This document shows, in pieces, positions 40,777 through 50,356 of a stretch of 64,000 nucleotides of DNA; positions within the stretch are counted from its first letter, which is position 1, and every line of letters begins with the position of its first letter. This DNA comes from Eubacteriales bacterium. Lineage in GTDB: Bacteria > Bacillota > Clostridia > Oscillospirales > CAG-272. A program made the position numbers and the translations under genes. The notes under the pieces were generated by a model that worked only from the letters and a program-made list of their open reading frames with translations, ran no database searches and had not been told where the DNA came from. The DNA lies in assembly GCA_045542035.1 (NCBI GenBank), contig JAZQKG010000037.1, forward strand, positions 66-64,065. The letters are read 5' to 3'.

Positions 40777-41790
40777 ATGACATATGGAGGAATCTCCGTA
40801 TTTGTTGTAGCGTTTGTAATATATCCTATGGGGTACGCTATATACCGTGAAGCAAATTTGCCACGAACGCTTTTGCCAGGAGCTATTGCTTTTGGTGCTT
40901 TTGGAATTACAATGATGGCTATTCCGGGAACTCCACAAATTCAAAATATTATTCCTACGACATATTACGGAACGACTGCAATGGCAGCTCCGCTTATGGG
41001 CATTATTGCCACTGTTTTAATGGCTGTTCCAGGATACATATATTTAGAATGGCGTTGCCGATGCGCAAGAAAAAAAGGGCTTGGTTTCGTTGAGGATTCA
41101 AACTATAAAGAATGTGTAAACAATAATTCTGAGCAATCATCATGGCATTGGTTAAGCGGTTTAATTCCTTTAATAATTGTGGTGTTGATGCTAAATGTTG
41201 TGCCTAAAGTATTAGCTGAGCAAAAAATTATTGAGCTGACGACAAATCAGTCTATAGTCATTGCTTTACTGAGTGGAATTATAGTTGCATGTCTTATTAA
41301 CATAAAACAGTTTAAGTCACTTCTTCCAGCAGTTGACGCGGGCGCAAACGGCTCATTGTTGGCAATAATGAATACCGCGTGTGCTGTTGGATTTGGTTCT
41401 GTTGTTAAAATTGTTCCCGGATTTGCTTTTTTGAGAAATGCATTGCTTTCTATGCCAGGAAACATACTTTTTTCAGAATCCGTTGCAGTAAATATTTTGT
41501 CAGGCGCAACAGGTTCTGCATCGGGAGGTATGTCTATCGCACTTGAGACTATGTCTGCACAGTATTTAGAAAGAGCATTAAGTATGGGGGTTAATCCTGA
41601 ACTATTACATAGAGTAGCTGTGTTGTCTGGCGGATTGGGAACTTTGCCGCATAATGGTGCAGTATTGACATTATTAGCTGTATCAAATTGTAAGCATAAA
41701 GAATCATATATTGATATATGTGTAACAGCGTGTATTATTCCTACAGTAGTTTCGTTATTGCTATCTTTTGTATGGGGACTATTTATTTAA
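40777..41790 (+). CDS. GntP-family permease, N-terminally truncated relative to the family
   Basis: It begins MTYGGISVFVVAFVIYP, which in full-length GntP permeases lies about 110-120 residues in (from memory). The in-frame upstream sequence hits TAG at 40765-40767. No convincing RBS. 337 aa versus about 450 aa typical. Confidence 0.6.
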   Translation: MTYGGISVFVVAFVIYPMGYAIYREANLPRTLLPGAIAFGAFGITMMAIPGTPQIQNIIPTTYYGTTAMAAPLMGIIATVLMAVPGYIYLEWRCRCARKKGLGFVEDSNYKECVNNNSEQSSWHWLSGLIPLIIVVLMLNVVPKVLAEQKIIELTTNQSIVIALLSGIIVACLINIKQFKSLLPAVDAGANGSLLAIMNTACAVGFGSVVKIVPGFAFLRNALLSMPGNILFSESVAVNILSGATGSASGGMSIALETMSAQYLERALSMGVNPELLHRVAVLSGGLGTLPHNGAVLTLLAVSNCKHKESYIDICVTACIIPTVVSLLLSFVWGLFI

Positions 41791-41851
41791 GAGTAATCAA
41801 TATAGCAAATGTATTAATTTGAATTTAATTTATGTGCTTGGAGGAATTATT

Positions 41852-42778
41852 ATGGAAATTAAAAAAGTTGGTATTGCCGGCTCCGGATTGATGGGAGCAA
41901 GTATGTCACAGATATTTGCTAAATACGGCTATGATGTTACGGTTTATGATGCATTTGAAGCATCTCTTGAAAAAGGAAAAAATCTTATTAAAATCAATCA
42001 AGAAGCAGCAGTGCAATCTGGTGAAGCAACTCAGGAAGAGGCAGATAGAATTGTTTCAGAATTGAAGTTTACAAGTAACATTGAGGACTTAAAAGACAGT
42101 GATATAATTGTAGAAAGTATTATTGAAAAACTTGATGTTAAACAAGAATTTTGGAAAACAATATCAAAGCTTGTGCGCCCGGATGCAATTCTTACTACTA
42201 ATACTTCCGGGATATCAATAGATGCTATTGCAAAAGATATTTCCGGAAAACATCGTTTTTTGGGCATGCATTGGATGAATCCATCGCACTTAATACCTTG
42301 TATAGAAATTATACGAGGAACAGCGACAGATGATGAGAGCACAAATATCGTTATTGAGTTGGCTCATGCAGTAGGAAAGAAAACAACTGTTTGTAAAAAG
42401 GATGTTCCCGGATTCATTTTGAACCGAATACAGCTTTCAATTTTGAGAGAGTGTATATCTTTAGTTGAAGAAGGAATTGCTGATATTGAAGATGTAGATG
42501 CATGTATGAAATACGGATTAGGCTTTAGGTATGCAGCTTATGGTCCGTTTGAGATTGTGGATTTTGGAGGAGTAGACACATTTCATCATATAGCAGAATA
42601 TTTAAATCCGCTTCTTTGTAATGAAACTAATGTTCAAAAGCTTCTTGATGATTTATACAATAATGGAAATTATGGTGTTAAAACAGGTAAGGGTTTTTAT
42701 GATTATGAGGGAAAGGACCCAATTAGTGAACGAGATAAAAAGTTTGTAAAGATATACAATGCTCTATATAAAGATTAA
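41852..42778 (+). CDS. NAD-dependent 3-hydroxyacyl-CoA dehydrogenase (Hbd-like)
   Basis: VGIAGSGLMGASM Rossmann motif and a conserved MHWMNPSHLIPCIEIIRG segment. The start is set at MEIKKVGI. Confidence 0.85.
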   Translation: MEIKKVGIAGSGLMGASMSQIFAKYGYDVTVYDAFEASLEKGKNLIKINQEAAVQSGEATQEEADRIVSELKFTSNIEDLKDSDIIVESIIEKLDVKQEFWKTISKLVRPDAILTTNTSGISIDAIAKDISGKHRFLGMHWMNPSHLIPCIEIIRGTATDDESTNIVIELAHAVGKKTTVCKKDVPGFILNRIQLSILRECISLVEEGIADIEDVDACMKYGLGFRYAAYGPFEIVDFGGVDTFHHIAEYLNPLLCNETNVQKLLDDLYNNGNYGVKTGKGFYDYEGKDPISERDKKFVKIYNALYKD

Positions 42779-42792
42779 TAGATAAGCATAAG

Positions 42793-42832
42793 AGGGCAGC
42801 TCAGTTTTTTGAACTTAAGCTGCCCTTTCTTC
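42793..42832 (+). terminator. Rho-independent terminator after the hbd-like gene
   Basis: agggcagct / agctgccct stem followed by tttcttc. Confidence 0.7.
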
Positions 42833-43105
42833 ATTTCAAATTGCATTTTTTACACATTAAATATAATTGTTTATGTAAAATACTGCTTTAACAGCGTCGA
42901 ATATTGCTTTTTATTCATTATTATGCTATAATAAAGAAGTATCTGTTGTTATATACACGCAAAACCTTATGTCTCAATTATATAACTGCAAAATTGCATA
43001 TGATTTTATGTTTGCTTGCGGACGTGAAAAAACAAGTAACATATTCTACATGATTTATTCATCTAAATTTACTATTATATATATATACTTAAAGAAGGTA
43101 AAAAC

Positions 43106-43858
43106 ATGAACGAAAACAGAAATAGCGACACGGGTGCTACGCAAGCCCCATCGACGCTTCTTTCAAAGCTTGATAATTTTTGGTATCACTATAAGTGGCA
43201 CACGATAGTTGCTCTCTTTTTAATTATAGCGATTACAATATGTTCTCTTCAAATGTGTACGAAAGAAAAATACGACGTTCACATACTGTATTCAGGCTCG
43301 CACGAGATAAAAAGAACGTCAACCAACGGAGATATGGCAGAATACGCAACCTTCTTGTCATCATTTAAGCGGGTCACCGGCGACTATGATGACGACGGAA
43401 ATATTTCACTTTCATTAAAGGACCTCTTTATGCTCTCCGACAAGGAAATAGAAGAGATTCAAAAAGCAGACTCAAGCATTGAAATCAACAGGTCACTTCT
43501 GATTGAAAACAAAAATATATTAAGTGAAACCTTGATTTACAGTGATTACTACGTATGTCTCCTGTCCCCTTCCGTATACGATGAGTACCGAACCGTTGAT
43601 GATATAGAGATGTTTTCTCCACTCGCTTCATACGTCAAAGGCGCTACCTCCGTTGAATTTTACACGGATACGGCAATATACCTTTCATCAACGGGATTCT
43701 ATTCCCTTCCCGGCATATGCAATCTCCCCGATGATACGCTGATTTGTCTTAGGAACATCAGCGCGATTGCTAATCACTTTAACGAAAAAGATGCTGCCGA
43801 GGCGAGAAGACGCGGTATCGATGTTATTGAAAATATTATTAATTATCCAATAAATTGA
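43106..43858 (+). CDS. Hypothetical membrane-anchored protein
   Basis: 250-aa ORF with one N-terminal TM segment (WHTIVALFLIIAITICSL). No motif recognised. Confidence 0.5.
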   Translation: MNENRNSDTGATQAPSTLLSKLDNFWYHYKWHTIVALFLIIAITICSLQMCTKEKYDVHILYSGSHEIKRTSTNGDMAEYATFLSSFKRVTGDYDDDGNISLSLKDLFMLSDKEIEEIQKADSSIEINRSLLIENKNILSETLIYSDYYVCLLSPSVYDEYRTVDDIEMFSPLASYVKGATSVEFYTDTAIYLSSTGFYSLPGICNLPDDTLICLRNISAIANHFNEKDAAEARRRGIDVIENIINYPIN

Positions 43859-43891
43859 CAATAATTGTTTACATAATAACATAAAAAAGCA

Positions 43892-43931
43892 AAAAAATCA
43901 GTGGCATGGTTGAAACAGTCACTGATTTTTT
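43892..43931. terminator. Bidirectional terminator between convergent genes
   Basis: aaaaaatcagtg / cactgatttttt, a 12-bp stem with A and T runs on either side. Confidence 0.7.
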
Positions 43932-43955
43932 TGCGTCAAAACAAACGCGAATAAA

Positions 43956-44594
43956 TTATAGCGTGGGAATGTCTGATGCGGGAATATGGTCATCGCAAGA
44001 AAACTCACCGGGTATTAATTTTTCACCGTCGAAAATAAGAGTGCTAAAGGATGCGTTTGTTGGAAAAGGAAATGCCTTTGCCATATCCGAAGGCGCAATT
44101 CCGCACATAATACACCAGAAAGCTCTTATTACAGCCGCATGACTGGTGATTAAAACGGTCTTTCCGAAATTTTCTTTAGCAATACGGAGGATCTCATTAT
44201 ATACTCTTTCACCGGCCTCCAAAGTGCTCTCTCCATTTGGAAATCTGAAATTACCAAAATCTTCATGCCAGTCTATAACGAATTCTTGATAATGATCACG
44301 CTTAAGCTCAGCTATGGGTATGCCTTCCCAATCACCGATATACATTTCACGCAATTGTTTAGAATCAATAACGTCAAGCCCACGTAATTTCGCGTGAGGC
44401 AACGCAGTATTGTGAGCTCTTGCCAAATCACTTGAGTAAATCACGTCTATATGCACATCTTTCAGTCGCTTGGCGGTTAATTCAGCCTGAAGAATACCTA
44501 CTTCATTTAAACCCATATTTGTATGACCTTGATAAAACCCCTTTGCGTTTCCTAAACTTTGACCATGCCTAATCAAATAAATTTGAGTTTCCAT
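43956..44594 (-). CDS. Histidine phosphatase (phosphoglycerate mutase-like) family protein
   Basis: IRHGQSLGN catalytic RHG motif and a later SHAAVIR His motif. Confidence 0.85.
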   Translation of the reverse strand: METQIYLIRHGQSLGNAKGFYQGHTNMGLNEVGILQAELTAKRLKDVHIDVIYSSDLARAHNTALPHAKLRGLDVIDSKQLREMYIGDWEGIPIAELKRDHYQEFVIDWHEDFGNFRFPNGESTLEAGERVYNEILRIAKENFGKTVLITSHAAVIRAFWCIMCGIAPSDMAKAFPFPTNASFSTLIFDGEKLIPGEFSCDDHIPASDIPTL

Positions 44595-45393
44595 AAAAAT
44601 TCCTCCAAAAAATAACAGATATATTATACATCATTAAAAAAACAAAGTCAAGTGTATAAATATTACCGAAATTTAATAAAAATTGCACCCTCACTTTATA
44701 AAGCGCATACTTATGCATTTATACATTTTCAAAAGTTTCATCAAACAACCACATTAAGTTTGATATTAACCCGTTTTTGTGCATTAATCCCCCACATACC
44801 AATTCAATATTTTATTATTTTATCATTCCGCCCCCACAAATTATAAAATCATTAAAAACCAAATTATATATTTATTCACTATTTATGAGTATTCTTTTCG
44901 TATATATTACTATTTTAAAGAATATAATTGTCTGTTTTGAGGTTTAAATTTAAATTTAAAAATTCATATTCGTATTATTTACAATTAGATTATTCAGAAA
45001 TAAATGAAAACAACGAATAAATGACCCAAAGGAGAAATATATTTACATATTTTTCCATTTTAGGTCAAAAAACAAGAAAATTAGATAAAATAATAAGTTT
45101 CGTAATCAAATATTGTGCTATACAATACTATTACATAAAAAGCTTCTGGCGGACAAATTGCTTTATTTATTTTGCCTCAGAGCATCAAACGCAAGACAGA
45201 TTAGACGCCTTTTTTGATATTCATGCAAAAACAACGCTTTTTTGATTTTAAGCGCTATTTTATGCTATTTAACCATTATTTGATTAAATAACTCACATTA
45301 TGTTCCGATGTAAACTATTTAAACACGCCTATGTGATAACAGCATTTATAGATATCCATTAGCTTTATCCCTACTCTGAAACAGAACTATATT

Positions 45394-45413
45394 AATGTTT
45401 CACGTGAAACATT
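45394..45413. promoter_or_regulatory. parS centromere-like site (perfect 20-bp palindrome)
   Basis: AATGTTTCACGTGAAACATT contains the Firmicute parS consensus TGTTNCACGTGAAACA. It lies about 50 nt upstream of the parA promoter. Confidence 0.85.
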
Positions 45414-45462
45414 TTGTTTTTGCTGATAAAATAGCGAATTTATACTATTTTTAGCAAATATA

Positions 45463-45491
45463 TTGACATATAAATTTAAAAATAGTATAAT
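45463..45491 (+). promoter_or_regulatory. Sigma-A type promoter of parA-parB
   Basis: TTGACA (45463-45468), a 17-nt spacer, then TATAAT (45486-45491). Confidence 0.65.
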
Positions 45492-45535
45492 ATAATATGA
45501 AATATTAACCCTTTTAAGCTTTCGGAGGTAATAAA

Positions 45536-46297
45536 ATGGCGAAAGTAGTATCTTTTTCAAATCAAAAAGGCGGAGTTGGCAAAACAACATCCTGTGTAAA
45601 TATAGGCGCTCAAATAGCGAATAAAGGCAAGAAAGTTCTTATAATAGATATGGACCCGCAAGGAAATGCAACAAGCGGGCTCGGAATTGCAAAATCAAAG
45701 GTCAAAAAGACTATTTACGATGTAATTATAGGCAAATGTGACATAGAAGATGCAATTATTAAGACTAAATTCAAGAATTTGTCGGTTGTCTCTTCAAATA
45801 TTGATTTAGCCGGAGCAGAGCTTGAACTTCATGAGTTAGATGAGAGTCTAAACTTTACAAAAATTGCTCTTGATTTAATTCAAGATAAATATGATTACAT
45901 ATTTATTGATTGTCCTCCATCGCTTGGAATGCTAACTGTAAAGGCATTATCTGTTTCAGATGGTATTGTAATACCTATGCAATGCGAGTTCTATTCGCTC
46001 GAAGGTATGTCTCAGCTGCTAAATACGGTCAAAAAAATTCGTCAATTATACAATCCAAACCTTCAAATAGTAGGAATTTTACTCACGATGTATAACGGAA
46101 GGCTAACTTTAACAACTCAAGTGGTCTCAGAATTAAGAAAATACTATTCTGATAAACTGTTTAAAGTGCCGATTTCCCGTACAGTTAGAATATCCGAAGC
46201 TCCGGGATATGGAGAACCTATATGTTATCACGACCCCTACGGAAAGGGCGCTTTAGAATACGCTGCAGTCGCAAAAGAACTTATGTTAAGGATTTAA
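45536..46297 (+). CDS. parA: ParA/Soj chromosome-partitioning ATPase
   Basis: Deviant Walker A NQKGGVGKTT and DCPPSLG motif. 253 aa. Confidence 0.93.
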   Translation: MAKVVSFSNQKGGVGKTTSCVNIGAQIANKGKKVLIIDMDPQGNATSGLGIAKSKVKKTIYDVIIGKCDIEDAIIKTKFKNLSVVSSNIDLAGAELELHELDESLNFTKIALDLIQDKYDYIFIDCPPSLGMLTVKALSVSDGIVIPMQCEFYSLEGMSQLLNTVKKIRQLYNPNLQIVGILLTMYNGRLTLTTQVVSELRKYYSDKLFKVPISRTVRISEAPGYGEPICYHDPYGKGALEYAAVAKELMLRI

Positions 46298-46299
46298 GC

Positions 46300-46319
46300 A
46301 ATGTTTCACGTGAAACATT
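46300..46319. promoter_or_regulatory. Second parS site, identical 20-bp palindrome
   Basis: AATGTTTCACGTGAAACATT again, 3 nt after the parA stop codon. Confidence 0.85.
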
Positions 46320-46525
46320 CTCATTCTTTACGGCGAAACAACATTTGACCTATGTATTTTGCAAGGCATTACCTGCTTATATATTATATTTTGTTAATTC
46401 AGTCAATCAGCAGTTTATAATCTACATATTTCTACAAAATACTTTTTTATATTGTTAACACTTATCAGAATTACTTAAATAAATTAATAATTGGTAATTT
46501 TTCCCAATTATATGGAGGTATACGT

Positions 46526-47419
46526 ATGCCAAAGAAGAAAAATAGCGGCTTAGGCCGCGGACTTGATGCAATTTTTCTTGAAAACACCCTTGAAAAAGAG
46601 GGCGAGAACCTTGAAAACCAAATTTCGCACCTTAGAATATCCTTGGTTGACCCCAAAAGTGACCAGCCGAGAAAAAGCTTTGATAAAGAGTCCCTTGAAG
46701 AGCTTGCGGACTCAATTTCTCAAAACGGTTTGCTCCAGCCAATATTAGTACGCGAGTACGGTGAGGGCAGATATCAGATAATTGCAGGAGAACGACGCTT
46801 CAGAGCGTCAAAAATCGCAGGTCTAACCGAGATTCCCGCTATAATACTTGATAAAGACGACAGAAAGGCTGCCGAAATCGCTCTTATTGAGAACATACAA
46901 AGAGAAGACCTTAACCCAATTGAAGAAGCTATGGCATTTAGGGCTCTTGCAGAGGAATATGATCTCACACAGGAAGAGCTTTCTATTAAAGTAGGCAAGT
47001 CGAGAAGCGCTATTGCTAACGCCACTCGACTTCTCGACTTGCCCGAGGAAGTTTTGAACTTAGTTGCAAGCGGAGAGCTTTCAGCCGGTCACGGAAGAAC
47101 TCTTCTCGGCCTCAGAACCCACGAAAACATGATAATTCTCGCGAAGAAGACCATTGAGCTTGATCTTTCCGTGCGACAACTCGAGGACGAAGTAAAGCGT
47201 GCTAACAGGCCGAGAAGAACCGAACCGACCGAAGAGCCGCTTCCGTTTGTTGATTATTTTCGCGATATGGAGGTAAGGCTTCAATCCCACCTTGGAAGAA
47301 AGGTAAAAATCGAAGGAAAAGGGAAGAAGAAAACTCTCACACTCTTTTATGAAGACAACGAGGATCTTGACGAGCTTCTTGAAATTCTTTGTGGCAAGGA
47401 TTTTCTTAACCAAATATAA
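46526..47419 (+). CDS. parB: ParB/Spo0J partition protein
   Basis: GLGRGLDAIF N-terminus, ParB box IIAGERRFRA, and an HTH region. Confidence 0.93.
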   Translation: MPKKKNSGLGRGLDAIFLENTLEKEGENLENQISHLRISLVDPKSDQPRKSFDKESLEELADSISQNGLLQPILVREYGEGRYQIIAGERRFRASKIAGLTEIPAIILDKDDRKAAEIALIENIQREDLNPIEEAMAFRALAEEYDLTQEELSIKVGKSRSAIANATRLLDLPEEVLNLVASGELSAGHGRTLLGLRTHENMIILAKKTIELDLSVRQLEDEVKRANRPRRTEPTEEPLPFVDYFRDMEVRLQSHLGRKVKIEGKGKKKTLTLFYEDNEDLDELLEILCGKDFLNQI

Positions 47420-47433
47420 AGAAAGGAACACGT

Positions 47434-47985
47434 ATGGATTTCATAAAAGAATTTTTGTCTCTGAACCTTAGCCAATTTGAAAATTTTGGGGTTAATTTTC
47501 CCATTGGAGCATTTCTTCTGCTTTTTTCATTGGTAATGTGCGTTGCTTTCTTCATTTACAACTATCAAAAGTGCTGCACGGCTCTTGTTTTAAAGCAGCT
47601 CATACGCCATAACGCTACTAGCGCGGAAGCCTCAAAAACGCTGAAAGACCTTCATCTTGAGAAAAACTTTTACCTAAAGTCTGCTCTTTTGAGCAGCGGA
47701 CAATTGAGCCGTCTTGTAAAATCGGCAGAGGATTTAAAGCCTACGTATGAGGAATATATATCAAATTCCAAAAAGCGCGGCTATAAAGAAAAAAAGATTG
47801 ATTTTGACAAAGCAAAATTTTACATATCCGAGGAACAAATTAACAAGGCAAAAAGAATTGTTGAAACAGCAAATACAGAATGGTGGCGACCTGTTCTTTT
47901 CTCAGCTGTTATGATTCTGTTACTTGCGATACTGATGATTTTTCTTCCGGAAATTTTACAGGCAATAAATTCATCTGTTGGATAA
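47434..47985 (+). CDS. Hypothetical membrane protein downstream of parB
   Basis: 183 aa with TM segments at both ends and a Lys-rich middle. Probably co-transcribed with parB (14-nt gap). Confidence 0.5.
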   Translation: MDFIKEFLSLNLSQFENFGVNFPIGAFLLLFSLVMCVAFFIYNYQKCCTALVLKQLIRHNATSAEASKTLKDLHLEKNFYLKSALLSSGQLSRLVKSAEDLKPTYEEYISNSKKRGYKEKKIDFDKAKFYISEEQINKAKRIVETANTEWWRPVLFSAVMILLLAILMIFLPEILQAINSSVG

Positions 47986-48042
47986 TATAATAGGACAGAC
48001 CCAAAGCGATTTGCACCGCAAAGAGAGTCTGTCCTTTATTAT

Positions 48043-50277
48043 TTAAACCTTTTTAATTTTATTAAGACGGGAATTAATATCAAGCAACTGCTCTTTGGTA
48101 AGATTTACTCCCATAGTTCCTATCATACCCGCAAGGCGCAGAAGAGTAAAGCCACCCATCATTTGCATCATCGCGTCGTTCATCTCAAATCCACCGGCAA
48201 CCGTGTCGTCTTTTTGCGGAACATGAGCAGAAAGCATACCGCTCATGAGCTCGAGTCCTTCCTTAGTAGCCATGATATCGCTTAGTTTATCATTCACCGA
48301 AAGATAGCCTTCTATTTCTGTGATATCAAACCAGTTGAGTATCGCGTTCTTCTCACGAAGCCGATATGACTCGTTAAATTCATCAACCTTGCGAATAGCT
48401 CCCTCATCACTGCAATTGCCCGCGACAGCCCTCAATTTTGTTATTCCGGAGTTCTTAACATCAAAATAGAAGAAATGATCCTCCGATTTTTTCCTGCCGA
48501 TGCTTTTTCCGTCCGCAAATAATTCAACCTCATCAAGATTAGAGTAAACCGTCACACGTGTCACATCTTCGACTCTGTCAACGTATCTTTTACCGCATAA
48601 ATGAACAAACGGTTCATCAGAAAGCCATGCCTTATATGCGTAGAACGCATCTTTTTTATATTTTCTGTTAAACGTTACAAGTCCTTTATGATTCTGTCCG
48701 TTTTCGCCGCCTTCACTGCGCGCATCGGCTCCAAAATCAAACATGTTCCATACGTGCGTTGCCCATAAATATTTTCTTGTAAACAATTGTTTAATAAGCT
48801 CTTCGTGATAATATGCCTGATATTCCTCAGTATAATCACCTTGCGCGGGGCTTGACGTGTGCCAATTAAGCGCCTCGCATCCGTATTCAGAGCATCCAAT
48901 AGGTATATTCGGCCATCTCCTATGGAAATTATCAAACCAAGGACCGTTCATAGACGTGTCACCGCCGTACCAACCAAAATAATGATTGTACGAAACAAGG
49001 TCAGGTATCTGAATATACGGACTATCAATAGAGCAGGGGGATACAACGGCAATCGTCGTGAGTCGCGTCTTATCCATCTCATGACACAGGTCGTTAAGGA
49101 TTCTATGATTTTCAAGAAGATCCGGATCGTTATCTCCCTTCATGGTTATCTCATTGGAAAGACCCCAAACGACTATTGAAGGATGATTGTAATTTTGAAT
49201 TATCAATTCTTTCATTTGGGAAATTGTGTTTTCCCGTCCACCCGGCATATGCTGCGAAATATATGGAATTTCCGCCCAAACAACAAGTCCCTTTTCGTCA
49301 CACAAATCGTAAAAAAACTGATCGTGCTGATAATGCGCCAAACGCACTGTAGTTGCACCGACCTCCATTATAAGATTAATATCCTCCTTGTGATGCTCGG
49401 GAAGAAGGGCGTTTCCAATTCCTTGACGGTCCTGATGACGCGAAACTCCGCGAAGAGAATATTCCTCTCCGTTCAAAATAAAACCGCGTTCGGCATCAAC
49501 TTCAAACGTGCGGCATCCGAATTTGGTTATTACAGAATCAATAACCTCATCATTATTGCACAGATCAGCTTTAAGAGTATATAAATAAGGATTTTTTCTT
49601 CCGTGCCAAAGGTTTACATTTTCAATAAAAAGCGATATATTTGTTTCCTCGCTTGTTATCGCTACAACCTCATTGCCGTCTTTATCCGTTACCGTATAAC
49701 GAATTTTCTGTCCGTCCTTTTTATTGTTTATCCAAACTTCAACGTCTACCCGTGCATTTTTTTCGGATACTTCCGGTGTTATCATAACACCCGTGCCGCC
49801 CAAATGCTCAAGCTCAAAATGAGACTCGCTGACACATATAATATTAACATTGCGGTAAAGTCCACCGTAAAAGGTAAAGTCAGCAACCTGCGGATATACA
49901 TGTTGATTTGAGGAATTATCTACGGCAATTACAAACAAATTCTCTCTTTCAAGATGATCGGTTATGTTTACGCGCCACGTAGAATAACCGCCATCATGGT
50001 GCGCAAGTTTCTTTCCGTTAAGGTAAACGTCTGCGCTTGAATTCGCGCCCTGAATTTCAAGATAGTATTTATCCGCTGACGGAAGATCCATCTTGTCAAG
50101 AGCTTTTGCATAATAACAGGTCCCGCGGTAATAGTCGTTTCCTCCGTCCTGACCGTCAATAGCATTCCACGTGTGGGGAAGGTTGATCCAATACCAATCA
50201 CGCGGTATTTCGGCAGGAATTTCACACGCCTGCTTGGTAAATGCCCATTTTTCGTTAAAATTAAAAACTGTTCTCAT
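48043..50277 (-). CDS. Glycoside hydrolase family 2 (beta-galactosidase/beta-glucuronidase-like)
   Basis: GH2 features: WSLSNE-like acid/base region VVWGLSNE and the nucleophile region GCSEYGCEA. AAGGAG RBS before the ATG at 50277. Confidence 0.85.
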   Translation of the reverse strand: MRTVFNFNEKWAFTKQACEIPAEIPRDWYWINLPHTWNAIDGQDGGNDYYRGTCYYAKALDKMDLPSADKYYLEIQGANSSADVYLNGKKLAHHDGGYSTWRVNITDHLERENLFVIAVDNSSNQHVYPQVADFTFYGGLYRNVNIICVSESHFELEHLGGTGVMITPEVSEKNARVDVEVWINNKKDGQKIRYTVTDKDGNEVVAITSEETNISLFIENVNLWHGRKNPYLYTLKADLCNNDEVIDSVITKFGCRTFEVDAERGFILNGEEYSLRGVSRHQDRQGIGNALLPEHHKEDINLIMEVGATTVRLAHYQHDQFFYDLCDEKGLVVWAEIPYISQHMPGGRENTISQMKELIIQNYNHPSIVVWGLSNEITMKGDNDPDLLENHRILNDLCHEMDKTRLTTIAVVSPCSIDSPYIQIPDLVSYNHYFGWYGGDTSMNGPWFDNFHRRWPNIPIGCSEYGCEALNWHTSSPAQGDYTEEYQAYYHEELIKQLFTRKYLWATHVWNMFDFGADARSEGGENGQNHKGLVTFNRKYKKDAFYAYKAWLSDEPFVHLCGKRYVDRVEDVTRVTVYSNLDEVELFADGKSIGRKKSEDHFFYFDVKNSGITKLRAVAGNCSDEGAIRKVDEFNESYRLREKNAILNWFDITEIEGYLSVNDKLSDIMATKEGLELMSGMLSAHVPQKDDTVAGGFEMNDAMMQMMGGFTLLRLAGMIGTMGVNLTKEQLLDINSRLNKIKKV

Positions 50278-50356
50278 TTGTTTCTCCTTACATATAATTT
50301 TACAAAAGATGTCCGACAGCCACAATCTGTCGGACATCTAAAGAGTCATATTATAA

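Noticed and set aside
44595-45535. oriC in the AT-rich tract next to parAB.
   Set aside because: No TTATCCACA or TGTGGATAA DnaA boxes, even allowing one mismatch, were found by eye. dnaA, dnaN, rpmH and rnpA are not in the window.
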